DNA from: Felis catus
Lineage: Eukaryota
DNA length: 64,000 nt
Assembly (NCBI RefSeq): GCF_018350175.1
Contig: NC_058368.1
Location: 213,840,001-213,904,000 of the forward strand
Direction of reading: 5' to 3'
The notes beneath the pieces were generated by a model. The model saw nothing but the letters and a program-made list of their open reading frames with translations, was not told where the DNA came from and made no database searches. Shown here piece after piece: positions 1-13,378 of the stretch. A program made the translations under genes and the position numbers. How positions within the stretch are numbered: the first letter of the stretch is position 1; every line of letters begins with the position of its first letter.

Positions 1-56
1 CTGTCTGTCTCTCTCACACACAAATAAACATTAAAAATTAAAAAAAAAGAAATGCT

Positions 57-290
57 GGGGCGCCTGGGTGGCTCAGTCAGTTGAGCGTCCAACTTCGGCT
101 CAGGTCATGATCTCACAGTCTGTGAGTTCGAGCCCCATATCGAGCTCTGTGCTGATGGCTCAGAGCCTGGAGCCTGCTTCCGATTCTGTGTCTCCCTCTC
201 TCTCTGCCCCTTCCCTGCTCATGCTCTGTCTCTCTCTGTCTCAAAAATAAATTAAAAAAAACATTAAGAAAAAAATTAAAAAAAAAAAGA
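57..290 (+). mobile_element. CanSINE (SINEC_Fc-like)
   Basis: tRNA-derived head GGGGCGCCTGGGTGGCTCAGTC, (CT)n, AATAAA/A-tail; flanked by repeated AGAAATGCTG. Confidence 0.93.
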
Positions 291-335
291 AATGCTGAAA
301 GCTGTAATAGAGAGGATCAACATCTGTTAAGTGCT

Positions 336-338
<3 letters not shown>

Positions 339-372
<34 letters not shown>
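339..372 (+). repeat. (AC)n microsatellite
   Basis: Perfect dinucleotide run. Confidence 0.95.
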
Positions 373-375
<3 letters not shown>

Positions 376-1088
376 TGCCTATAATCTTGAAATTCTATAT
401 TCAGAAAACAATTCTTCAAAAATGAATGCAAACTAAAGACATCTTTTTGTTAAATGAAAGTTGAGCAAATTCATTATCAGCATTTCCAAATGACAAGAAA
501 GGTTAAAGAAAGTGTTCTTAGGCTGAAAGAAAACAATATTATGTAGAAACTCAGATCTACACAAAGGAACAAAGAGTGGCAGTAATGGTAAAAAAAAAAA
601 TTGTGGGCAAATAGAAATGAATTTTTCTCTTGTGTGTGTTTTTTAAATTTCCTTCAGGGATTTTTGACTGTTGAAAGCAAAAATAATAATACTTTGTGGG
701 GCTTATAATGCATGTAGGAGTAAAAATATGACAAAATAGTATGAAAAACAAATGAGAGGAAATTACAGTGTATTTGCACTTATTTTATGTGGAGTAATAC
801 AATACTATTTGAGGATAGAATGTGGTAAGTTAGAGATATATGTTGTAAACCCTAGAGCAACGACTGAAAGCAAGAAAACAAAAAGGTCTAGCTAATTAGC
901 GATAGAAAATGAAATGGATTACTAAAAAGTATTCAGTGAATCCTAAAGGAGGCGAGAAAAAGGAGAAAAGATACAAAGACATAGGGGAAAAAGGGAAATA
1001 AATACAAGAAATATTTTCTTAAAGCCAATCATATTAATAATTAAATTAAATATAAATGTACTATATAGATCAATTAAGAGAGATTGCT

Positions 1089-1209
1089 GGGGTGCCTGGG
1101 TGGCTCAGTCAGTTAAGTGTCAGACTCTTGATTTCAGCTCAGGTCACCATCTCATAGTCATGAGATCAAGCCCTGCATGGGGCTCCATGCTGGGCATGGA
1201 GCCTGCTTG

Positions 1210-1254
<45 letters not shown>

Positions 1255-2391
1255 AAAATAAATAAATAAACATTAAAGAAAAGAGAGATTGCTAAAACGG
1301 ATTAAAAAACAAGACCTGATATATTCTGTCTACAGGGAATATACTTTAACAATAAAAGTGCTGGAGCACCCAGGTGGTTCAGTTGGTTAAGGGTCCATTG
1401 TCAGCTGTGGTCATGATCTCACAGCTCATGAGTTTGAGTCCTGCATTGGGCTCTGTGCTGACAGCTCAGAGCCTAGAGCCTGCTATGGATTCTGTGTCTC
1501 CCTCTCTCTCTGTCGCTACCCAACTCGTGCACTCTCTCTCTCTTTCAAAAATAAATAAACATTAAAAAATTAAAAAAAAAACAATAAAAGTGCAGATATG
1601 TTTTTTTCCCCAATCTTTATATTTTTAACCTAAGTCCTCTAAGAGACTTCTAATATGTTCATAGCAACTTGATTCGTGTAACTCAAAACTGGAAACAACC
1701 CAAAGACTCCCACAAAGAGAAAATGGGTAGGAGTACCTGGGTGGCTCAAGTGGTAAGTATCCAACTCTTGACTTCATCTCAGGTCAAGTTCTCATAGTGG
1801 GATCAAGCCCTGTATTGGGCTCTGGGCTGGCAGCATGTAGCCTGCTAGGGATTCTCTCTCTCCCTCTCACTCTGCCCCTCCCCCATGCCCTCTCTTTCTC
1901 TCTTAAAATAAATAAATAGGGTACCTGGGTGGCTCAGTCAGTTGAGCATCCGACTTCAGCTCAGGTCATGATCTCATGGCTCATGGGTTCAAGCCCCATG
2001 TTGGGATCTGTGCTGACAGCTCAGAGCCTGGAGCCTACTTCAGACTCTGTGTCTCCCTCTCTCTCTGCCCCTCCCCTGTTCATGCTTTGTCTCTCTCTCA
2101 AAAATAAATAAACATTAAAAAATTAAAATACATACATACATACATACATAACCATTTAAAACAAGAAAATGGGTAAATTGCAGTATGTTCATATAATTGA
2201 ATACTACTCAGAATAAAAAAGGAGAGGAGTGCCTGGGTGGCTCAGTCAGTTAAGCATCTGACTTCGGGTCAGATCAGGATCTCATGGTTCATAAGTTCAA
2301 GCCCTACATTGGGCTCTGTGATGACAGCTCAGGGCCTGGAGCCTGCTTTGGATTCTGTGTCTCCCTCTCTCTTTGCCCCTCTCCCACTCAT

Positions 2392-2428
<37 letters not shown>

Positions 2429-3993
2429 ATAAATATTAAAAAAAAAAGAATAAAAATGGAGGAGAAAAGAAACAAACTACTGATAAAACAAAAGAGTACG
2501 TACTGAATGATTCAATTTATATCATGTTCTAGAACTGACATAGTTAATATAATGTGAAAAATCAGAAATTTGGTTGTCCCAGGAGAGTGGAGTGGTGGGA
2601 TTGACCAAGAAAGGGCACAAGGGAATTTTCTAGGGTGATGGAAATGTTCTGTCTTGAGAGGGGTGTGGGTTACATGGACATATGTGTATCAAAACTCATT
2701 AAAATATACATTTATGATCTGTGAATTTCACTGTATATAAGTTATACCTCAAAATTAAAAGGCAAAAAATTATATAAAATTCAATTCTTAATCATGATAT
2801 ATAAGCTTATAAAGATATAAAGATGGAAAATAACTTCTTTAGCATTATGAATTATTTCTTTCAAAAACCTATTGAAAAAAGGCTTATTGAAAACATCAAA
2901 ATATAGTGAAATTTAGAAACATTTTTATCAAAGGCAGAGACATCTGCTGATAGCCAAATTGGTCAATACTGTATTTGCCATTGTAATAAGACAAAAGAAT
3001 GACAAATATAGCACAACTTTTTACTACACACCTTTTAACATTTCTTTTCTCTTTTTTTAATTTGAGAGAGAGAGAGAGGGAAAGGTCGAGCAGGCAAGGG
3101 GCAGAAAAAAAGAGAGAGAGAATCCCATGTCCCTGGAGATCATGACCTGAGCTGATATCAAGAGTTGGATGCTCAACTGACTGAGCCACCCAGGCACCCC
3201 ACCTTTTCATGTTTCTTAAAGCATGTGAATATAATACCTATTACAAAATTAAATGAAAACAATATCAAAAATAAGTGTTGCTGACTTAGATTAGAAAAAA
3301 ATAAATGAACTATAATAATTTGAAATGAATACCATCATTTCCTGATAATATTATTATCTGTATAAAAAAATCCAAGAAGGGGCATCTGGGTGGCGTAGTT
3401 GGTTAAGCATCCGACTCTTGATCTTGGTGCAGGACACCATCTCACTGTGTGGGTTCGATCTCTGCATTGCACCGGGCTCTGTGCTGATGGTGTGGAGCCT
3501 GCTTGGGATTCTGTCTCTCCTTCTCTCTGCCCTGCCCCAAATCATGCACGCGTGTGCACTCTCTCTCTCTCTCAAAATAAACAAACTTAATTTAAAAAAA
3601 AAAATCCAAGAACATCTATAGACGGGTTACTAGATTTCTGGTGTCTCTTCCCCTTATAAGGAAACCAGTTTCATTGGATTAGGGCCTCATTCCTATGACT
3701 TCATTTAACCTTAATTACCTTCCTAAAGGCCTTGTCTCCAAAAACAGTTATATTGGGGGTTAGGGCTTCAACATATGCATTAATTTTTTTTAATGTTTAT
3801 TTATTTTTGAGAGAGAGAGAGAGAGAGCAAGTGGAAGAGGGGCAGAAAGAGAGGGAGACACAGAATCTGAAGTAGGCTCCAGGCTCTGGGCTGTCAGCAC
3901 AGAGCCTGACGTGGGGCTCAAACTCATGGACCACGAGATCATGACCTGACCTGAAGTTGGATGCTTAACCTACTGAGCCACCCTGGCGCCCCT
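1089..3993. mobile_element. CanSINE cluster within an old L1 (+: ~1089, 1362, 1729, 1919, 2225, 3379; -: ~3055-3200, 3783-3993)
   Basis: Repeated SINE heads and tails; source of the recurring MAQSV...SLSQK pseudo-ORFs. Confidence 0.9.
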
Positions 3994-4996
3994 CAACATA
4001 TGCATTTTTTGAGGAAAATTCAGCCCATAACAATCAGACTCACCAGTTCATTAGTATTTCAATTATATATTATATAAAACCATCCCAAAACTTACTGTTT
4101 TATTGTCTCAATGCAATAATAATAAAAATAATTCAGTATTTCTCAAGATTCTATGGGTTAGCCAGGTAGTTCCTTTGCTTCATGTGGTGTTGATAACAGT
4201 TTTGCCAATTTTTTCACTAGCACAAAACATCGCTTACTATCCTTCTGGACTTTAATAGTAGTTTCCCCACTGTTTTTTCAAGCTTCCACTAATAGTCTCC
4301 CTGCTCCCTCAGCAGTCTCTATCCACTGCCCAGTCCCAAGGCCATGCCACATATGTTAAGTCGTTATTATAGCTGTACCCCACTTTTGGGTACCAATTTC
4401 TCTTTCAGCTAGTCTTTGTTGTGGAGTAAAATACCCCAAAACTTAATGGCTTAAATCAACAATTCATCATTTCTTGTAATTCTATGGGTTGGTTAAGCAG
4501 TTCTCCACTGCTTTCACGCAGGCTCATTCACACAGCTGCATTCAGCTGGCAGGTCAGCTGGCTGGGTACTGAACTTAGCTGAGACAGCTGCTCAGCTTTC
4601 TCTTTCCATATGCTCTTTTATCCTGGGCTTCATTATGGTATGGTGGTCTCAAGGCAGCATTCCAAGAGAGTGAACGCAGAAACCATATCACTTCATGTAC
4701 CCCCAGCTCTGGAGCTTGCAAAATGCCACTTCTGCCACATTCTAGTGAATAAAGCAAAGAGCAAAGCCAGCCCAGATATAAGAGGTGGGGAAATAGGCTC
4801 CACCATTTAATAGGAGGTGCAAAGAATCTGTAGCCATATTTACCACGGAAAGTTATGCCATGTTCCTAGATGGAAAGACTCAGTGTACTAACGATGTCAG
4901 TTCCTTCAAATAAATCTGCATGATGTCATACCAACCGAAATCCCAAAAGAGTATTTCAGGAAACTTGGGAAGCTGTTCCTAAGATTCATATGGAAG

Positions 4997-6450
4997 ATGG
5001 ACTTTGAGCTGTATTACAAAACTGTCATCATCAAGACAGTATGGTACTGGCACAAGAACAGACACTCAGATCAATGGAACAGAATAGAGAACACAGAAAT
5101 GGACCCACAACTGTATGGCCAATTAATCTTCGACAAAGCAGGAAAGAACATCCAACGGAATAAAGACAGTCTCTTCAGCAAGTGGTGCTAGGAAAACTGG
5201 ACAGCGACATGCAGAACAATGAACCTGAACCACTTTCATACACCATACACAAAAATAAACTCAAAATGGATGAAATACCTCAATGTAAGACAGGAAGCCA
5301 TCAAAATCCTCCAGGAGAAAGCAGGCAAAAACCTCTCTGACCGTGGCCACAGCAACTTCTTGCTCAACACATCTCCAGAGACAAGGGAAACAAAAGCAAA
5401 AATGAATTATTGGGACCTCATCAAAATAAAAAGCTTCTGCACAGCAAAGGAAACAATCAGCAAAACTAAAAGGCAACTGATGGAATGGGAGAAGATATTT
5501 GCAAACAACGTATCAGATAAAGGGTTAGTATCCAAAATCTATAAAGCACTTATCAAACTCAACACCTAAAAAACAAATAATCCAGCGAAGAAATGGGCAA
5601 AAGACATGAATAGACACATCTCCAAAGAAGACATCCAGATGGCCAACAGACACATGAAAAAATGCTCCACATCACTCAGCATCAGAGAAATACAAATCAA
5701 AACCACAATGAGATACCACCTCACATCTGTCAGAATGCCTAGCATTAACAACTCAGGCAACAACACATATTGGAGAGGATGTGGAGAAAGAGGACCTCTT
5801 TTGCACTGCTAGTGGGAATGGAAACTGGTTCAGCCACTCTGGAAAAAAGTCTGGAGTTTCCTTGAAAAATTAAAAATAGAACTACCCTACGACCCAGCAA
5901 TTGCACCACTAGGTATTTCTCCAAGGGATACAGGTAATGTTGTTTTGCAAGGGCACAGGCACCCCCATGTTTATAGCAGCACTATCAACAAGAGCCAAAG
6001 TATGGAAAGAGCCCAAATGTCCATCAATGGATGAATGGATAAAGAAGATGTGGTACATATATACAATGGAGTATTACTCGGCAATCAAAAAGAATGAAAT
6101 CTTGCCATTTGCAGCTACGTGGTTGGAACTGGAGGGTATTATGCTAAGTAAAATTAGTCAGAGAAAGACAAATATCATATGACTTCCCTCATATGAGGAC
6201 TTTAAGATACAAAACAGATGAACATAAGGGAAGGGAAGGAAAATAATATAAAAACAGGGAGGGGGACAAAATGTAAGAGACTCTTAAATATGGAGAACAA
6301 ATGGAAGGTTACTGGAGGGGTTGTGGGAGGGGGGATGGGCTAAATGGGTAAGGGGTACTAAGGAATCTACTCCTGAAATCATTGTTGCACTATATCCTAA
6401 CTAACTTGCATGTAAATTTAAAAAATAAATGAAATAAAAATAAAAATAAA
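4997..6450 (+). mobile_element. 5'-truncated LINE-1 (ORF2 3' part + 3'UTR + A-tail)
   Basis: ORF fragments [22 protein letters not shown]..., MFIAALST...; imperfect TSD TCATATGGAAG / TCATATAGAAG; sits inside an older L1. Confidence 0.92.
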
Positions 6451-7710
6451 TCATATAGAAGAGCAAAGGGCTCAGCATCACCAACACAATTTTGAGGAAG
6501 GACTGGTCTTCACAGATATCAAGACTTATTATAAAGCTATTTGAACAGCAGGGTATTGGTATAGCAATACAAAAATTGACCAGTGGAAATAGCTAATAAC
6601 TACGTGAGAAAATGTTCATTGTCAGCGACTATGGAAGACAGATACTGATTGCTCACAAATTTTCCTTCTTTCTTGCTCACAGACCATCCTGTCCCTCCTC
6701 TCCCACATCCAATAACCATGTACTCCAGAAGAGACAGAGTCCTTCTGAAAAGCCACAAGGTGTGAATCTTGATTAATACATGATTGGTTTAGAAGTGAGC
6801 ATGTGATATAAATCCAGCCAATGAGACATGAGAGTGCACCTGCTGGGGGTTCTGAATAAGGTTTTATAACTCTTTAAAAGGCACATGAGGAAAAGACATG
6901 AGCCTCTTCACTTCTTCCCGTCTTTGGAAATTGTTGTGCAAGAGTTGGATCCTTGGAGCTACTGTCCTTTTTGCAACATGAGAGAGTATCTGAATCAAAG
7001 GGCAATATCCTAAGAATTACAGAGAGAAAATGAGGAAAAAAGACATAGGACTCTGGATGTCTTTGAGCTATTCATTTAACCCCCCCAGCACTTCCCTACC
7101 TCCTAAATGGTGTGCAGAGCAAAGAGCAATTCATGTGAAGCCCACACTACATGCAGCATACGTGGGATGTATCACATCCCAAATGGCTTAATGGAGCAAT
7201 TCACCTTTATGATTTAATAGTGAAAATAGATGAGGTTGATGTTAACTAGACTTAGTGTGCTGGTCATTTTGCAACACTATGCTGTACGTTAGATCACCAG
7301 AACTCATTCATCTTATGACTGTAAGTTTGTACTTTTTGACCAACATCTATTTCCCCCACATACCGGAGTCTGGTAACATCATTTTTGAGACTTGGCATAA
7401 AAACCCCCTCTTCCCATGGGGCATGTGGGTGGCTCAGTCGGTTAAGCATCTGACTTTGTGTGTGTGTGGTTTCTCCCTCAGGGTTTGAGAAGTACAGAAG
7501 AATTTGTACTTGTGGAGAGTTTGCAACTGACGAGATGCTAATGAAGTGCATGTGGACCTGGAGGTAGTTTGAAATAAACATAACAGAAACCCAAACCTGT
7601 GACTGTTGAGAAGAGCAACTCTCTGGAGCTCAAGAAAGAACAAAATGCCAATGACAGTAAGACTTTTCTCTAAACTTAAACAGAAAGGTCCCTCATACCA
7701 GCAGTTTCTT

Positions 7711-7715
<5 letters not shown>

Positions 7716-7747
<32 letters not shown>
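7716..7747 (+). repeat. (CA)n microsatellite in the GOLPH3-derived UTR
   Basis: Perfect dinucleotide run. Confidence 0.95.
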
Positions 7748-7751
<4 letters not shown>

Positions 7752-8201
7752 AGCTACCTATTATTATATAAAACAAAAGCCAATTATAGTGTAGGAAAGT
7801 ACAAATTATAAAAAATCAGAAGTCAATAGAATTGAAGCAACTGGCTTACCTGAAAGAAGAACACTTCATTCTGAGCAGTTACTTGGTGAACACTGCCACC
7901 ATCGCCCACAGGACCTCGTTGGTGTTGGCCTTCAGACACTCCACTTCCAGATCTAAGTCCAGGAGCTGCCGTACTCTCTTGGTGGCTAAATCATACTGCT
8001 CGTCCAGAAGGGGGGCAAAAGCATTCTCCAGGACGTCGGAGGCGTGGGCTAGGTAAATAAGGGCCAGCAAACGTTTGTCCATGCGGTGAGGGTCATTCAC
8101 CCATTTGTCAAGAACAGCTTCCTGTACCTTCTTGATGAGGCACTGCTTGATATTGTGGTTGGTGAGGGGATGTGTCATCACGTCAAAAAGTAGAAAGTTC
8201 T

Positions 8202-8618
8202 GGGGCTCCTGGGCGGCTCAGTTGGTTGAGTGTCTAACACTTAATTTTGACTCAGGTCATGATCTCATGGTTTCGTGGGTACAAGCCCCACAATGGGCTC
8301 TGAGCTGACTGCTCTGGAGTCTGCTTGATATCCTCTCTCTCTCTCTCTCTCTCTTTGCACCCCTCTTTCCCCCTGCACATGCTCTCTTTGTCTCTCTCAA
8401 AAGAAATAAAGTTTAAAAAATGTAAGAAGTTTTGGGGGCATCTGGGTGGCCCAGTTAGTTAAGTGTCCAACTCTTGATTTCAGCTCAGGTCATGATCTCT
8501 GGTTTGTGAGTTCAAGCCCCGCAACGGGCTCTGTGCTGACAGTGTGGAGCCTGTTTGGGATCCTCTTTCTCTACCCCTCCTTGACTCACTCAGTATCTCT
8601 CTCTCTCAAAAAAAAAAA
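8202..8618 (+). mobile_element. Two tandem CanSINEs inserted in the GOLPH3 fragment
   Basis: Heads at ~8202 and ~8434; AGAAAGTT-like target duplications at ~8192, ~8425 and ~8622. Confidence 0.88.
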
Positions 8619-9780
8619 GGCAGAAAGTTTCTACTTGTTTCTCTGTTTCTCTGTTTTCAATATGCCCTTTTACACCAGGTATTTAATCATTCTTGCATAT
8701 TGCTTAACTGGTGATACAATTCTAAGAGATTCCACATCTCACCTAAACAAAAGTTTTTGAAAATTAGAGAATTTCAGCCTTATTTTTTTCCACTCTTAAT
8801 ATGAATAGCAAAATGTGTTCATGGTAGCTGGTGTGTTTCTAGAGAAGTAGAATACAGAAAGTATTTTATGTTAGTCTGTTTTCCTCGAATCTGAACTTCT
8901 TATGGGACAGGAATCATATTTTATTGATCTCTGTAGCCCCAAGCACCAGGTATATTTCCTGAAACTTAGTACTTGCTCAGTAAGTATCTGTAAAAGAGAA
9001 TGAATAAACTATTCCAACACACAGAATAGATGCCTAATAGTTTTAGTATGAGGTAGAAATGAGCCAAATTCTGGCACATTTCAGTTGGCATGAAGGTATC
9101 AATTAAATAGCCAAAGGATAAATGAGAGAGGTTTAATTTTTTAAATAAACTTTTTAAAAGAATAATTTTTGATTTACAGAGAAGTTATGAAGATAGTAGA
9201 GCATTGCCATATGCCCCACACCCAGTTTGTCCCACACCTCACTGGTTTTCCCATTAGTGTGGTACATTTATCATAATTAACGACCTAGTATTGGTACATT
9301 CCTCTTAACTAAAGTCCATACAGTATTCAGATTTCCTTAAGTTTTTGCCTAATACTCTTTTTCTGTTCCTGGATCCTGTCCAAGTTACCACATTCCATTT
9401 ATTTATTATGTTTGCTTAGGCTCCTCCTGGCTTTGACAGTTCCTCCTTGTTTTGAGGACTTGGACAGTTTTGGGAAGTACTACTTAGGTACTTTGTAGAT
9501 TGTTCCTCAATTGGGATTTGTCTGATGTTTTCCCCTTGATTAGACTGCAATTAAAGGTTTTTGGAAGGGGTACCACAAAAGTCAAGTACCATCCTCTTCT
9601 TATAATATCAAGGATGGACACTATGAACATGACTTACCACTGTTAGTGTTGACTTTGGTCCCTTGGCTGAGATATCTGTCAGTTTTCTCCATCATAAAGC
9701 CAAAGCCCCTGCCCCTTTTCATTCTGGACTCTTGAAAGGAAGACACTCTGTGCAGCACACATTTAAGGAGTAGTGATCTA

Positions 9781-11604
9781 GAGGTGCCTGGCTGGCTCAG
9801 TTGGTTAAGTGTCCGACTTCAGCTCTGGTCATGATCTCAGTGCGTGAGTTCGAGCCCCGTGTCAGTCTGTGTGCTGACAGCTCAGAGCCTGGAGCCTGCT
9901 TCAGATTCTGGGTCCCCCTTACTCTCTGCCCCTCTCCTGCTTGTGCTCTGTCTCCTTCTCTCTCAAAAATAAATAAACATTAAAAAAAAATAAAAGGAGT
10001 GGTGAGCTATGCTGCACTTCTTTGAGGATAAGGTTTTTACATAAATTATTTGAAATTCAAAGTTTTACTTTTCATTAAAGAATTGAATTTAGGGGTGCCT
10101 TGGTAGCTCAGCCAGTTGGGTGGTTAAGCATCTGACTTTGGCTCGGGTCATGGTCTCGTGGTTTGTGGGTTCAGGTCCTGCGTCTGGCTCGGTGCTAACA
10201 GTGCAGAGCCTGCTTGGGATTCTCTCTCTCCCTCTCTCTGCCTCTCCCCTCTTACAAGCTCTCTCTTTCTCTCAAAATAAATAAATACGCATTAAAAAAA
10301 GAATTAATTGAGATTCACATTAAAGATGGCTGGTTGAATAAGTACTCTATTCCTGACAAAAATGCCATGAAAATTAGAGCAGGGGGAATTTTATGGAGGC
10401 ACAAACCTATGAGACTAGTAAAGAAAACAATAGCAGTAAAATTTTAGACACTGCGAAGTAAGTGGAAACGTGGTAGATGGATTAGCGATCCAAGAAAACG
10501 AATCCTAAGCTGGCAGTGGGTAAAGCAGAGAGGTAACCCACATTGCACTGCAGATCCCCAAGGCTCAGAAACTGGCACCAGACAGCTGTGGAAACATGGG
10601 TGGAGGAGCAGATAATGGTAGGGCTAAAAATAGAGAGATTGTTTGAAAGTCTTTTTAGAAAGTACCTCCAGATCCTCTCATCTATTCTGTGCAGCCAGCC
10701 TAGTAGAAGAGAACAAAACACAGGGTCTCTGGACTCAGGCGCACAGACACAGTCGAAGGAGGCAGGGATCTCTTACTGAAAACAGGGGGATCAAAGAAAA
10801 GTTTATGTCCTAAAATTTGTGACATCTTAGCCTTCTCCTTCCTCTCAATTCCTGGAACTCTGGAAGCTAGGATTATACCTTCCAGCCAAGACATTAGGAG
10901 AGTCTTCTCTGGAAAATTCTACCAGCCCAACAGAAAAGAATGAAAAACACTGACAAGAGAATTTCCTCAAAGAAGTATAATGAAGCCCCCACTGCACCAC
11001 CTCCCATCATGAACACACATAGTTTCCAAATAACTTTTTGGGCCTCTCTTTCTAAATATGAACAGACTGCCAGGGAGTGCATTCATTTGGTAAAACCCCT
11101 CTAATGTGAAACACAGAGCTCAACATAAAATATGAAAATAACAAAAAGATGTTTATAATTGCCCTAAAATGGAATACTCTTCAGTGACAGAAAAAGGAAC
11201 GACCTGCTGATGCCTGCTGCAGTGAGAGCGGTGTTCACACACAGCATGTGAGGTGAAAGAAAGCAGACACAGAAGAACATTTATTGTACTATTCTATTTG
11301 TATGAAGCATCTAGAAAAAGTAAATGTGTAGAGACAGCAGATTATTGGCTGATTGGGACGAGATGGGAATGGAGATGAATTGCAAATGGGAGCATGAGAT
11401 TTTTTTGGGGTGTAGAAATGTTCTACAACTGGATTGTATGGGGCACCTGGGTGGCTCAGTCAGTTAAGCCTCCGACTTCGGCTCAGGTCGTGATCTCGTC
11501 GTCCGTGAGTTCGAGCCCCACATCGGGCTCTGTGCTAACAGCTCAGAGACTGGAGCCTGCTTCAGATTCTGTGTCTCCCTCTCTCTGCCCCTCCCCCATT
11601 CATG

Positions 11605-11648
<44 letters not shown>

Positions 11649-13345
11649 GTCAAAAATAAATAAGCATTAAAAAAAAGAAAAAATAATAAAACTGGATTGT
11701 AGTGATGGTTGAATGATTCAATGAATACTCCAAACCTCAGTGAATTAGACACTAAAAATGAGTGAATTTAATGACATAGGAATTATATCCTGGGTGGCAC
11801 AGTTGTTTAAGTATCAGACTCTTGATTTTGGTTCAGGTCATGATCTCACAGTTCATGAATTCAAGTCCCATGTCAGGCTCTGTGTTGACAATGTGGAGTC
11901 TGCTTAGGATTCTCTCTCCCTCTCTCTCTCTCTGCTCCTCCCCAGCTCTTTCTCTCAAAAATAAATAAACTTAAAAAAAAAAAGAATTTTACCTGAATAA
12001 ACTTGTTTAAAAAAAGAAACTCAGAGAAACAAACTATGGAGGGAGAAGAAAAATGAAAAAGGTCATGGCTATCCCCAGAGAAATAAGAGATGATATGTAT
12101 CCATATACAAGATGATGGCTTTAAAAAGGACATTCAGAGGATAACAACAACAAAAAAAAAACTAGAAAAATAAAAAATTGGATGGCAGAAATGAAAAACT
12201 GAGAAAAGTGGAGGATATAAGGAATCCAAAATGTAGAGCAAAATGGTGAATAACTGGACAATAAGAAAGAAAACATAAGAAATTAGATGGTTGATTCAGG
12301 AGGCCTAACAGCTGAATGATAGGAGCTCCAGAAAGAGAGGGCTAAAAAGAATGGTGGGGGAAAGTATTGGTAAAATAACATAAACAAATTTTCCAGAGCT
12401 CAAGAACATGAGCTTCTTCTCAGAAAGGCCCTTTGGGTATCCAGCCCAATGAATAAAAGACAAAAAACAAAAGCAAACAAAAACCTCAACAAACAATTTT
12501 AAAAAACAACAAAAACTCATTATTGTGAAGTTTCAAACACTGGAGATAAACTGAAGATAGTAAAAGCTTCTGGAAGGGGAGGAGGACATGGGGGGCGCAG
12601 ATAATGGTGAGACAGATAATGAATAGAAGATTAGGAATCAGAACGGCATCAAACATCTCAAACGGGAGGTGGAAAATAATGGAGCTAGACCTTCAAATTT
12701 ATTTTTAAGTTATTTTTTAGCCAAGTGTTCCATATTTAGTCAAACTCTCCATCAAGTGAAAGAGTAGAAAAGAGACAATCTTCAAAAAAATTTTTTAAAT
12801 ATTTATTTATTTTGGGGCGCCTGGGTGGCTCAGTCGGTTGGGCGGCCGACTTCGGCTCAGGTCATGGTCTCGCGGTTTGTGAGTTCAAGCCCTGCGTCGG
12901 GCTCTGTGCTGATGGCTCGGAGCCTGGAGCCTGCTTCGAATTCTGTGTCTCCCCCTCTCTCTGACCCTCCCCCATTCATGCTTTGTCTCTCTCTGTCTCA
13001 AAAATAAATAAACGTTAAAAAAGTTTAAAAAAAATATTTATTTATTTTTTGAGAGAAAGAGAGAAGGGGACAGTGTGAGCAGGGGAGGTGCAGAGAGAGG
13101 GAGACACAGAATCCGAAGCAGGCTCCAGGCTCTGAGCTGTCAGCACAGAGCCTGATGCGGGGCTCGAATTCAGTCACTGAGATCATGACCTGAGCCAAAG
13201 TTGGCCACTTACCTGACTGAGCCACCCAGGTGCCCCAAAAAGAGACAATTTAGACATGGAGAGGCTCAAAAAAATGTACTTTCCAGACATCTTTCCTAGG
13301 AAGCTATTTGAGGATGTGCTTGAGTGTGGATGAATGCTTGCACGT

Positions 13346-13378
<33 letters not shown>

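Larger units (their letters stand above)
7480..8742 (-). pseudogene. GOLPH3: GOLPH3 terminal-exon + 3'UTR duplicate (pseudogene fragment), split by two SINEs
   Basis: ORF 7879..8181 THPLTNHNIKQCLIKKVQEAVLDKWVNDPHRMDKRLLALIYLAHASDVLENAFAPLLDEQYDLATKRVRQLLDLDLEVECLKANTNEVLWAMVAVFTK* is the GOLPH3 C-terminus; homology resumes beyond the SINEs at ~8620-8742 (GEMWNLLELYHQLSNMQE* vs recalled GETWNPLKLHYQLRNVRER) with an in-frame TGA and a frameshift; UTR end approximate. Confidence 0.88.

Noticed and set aside
7879..8742. Functional GOLPH3 gene
   Set aside because: Only the last exon was found; it has a premature stop, a frameshift and SINE insertions
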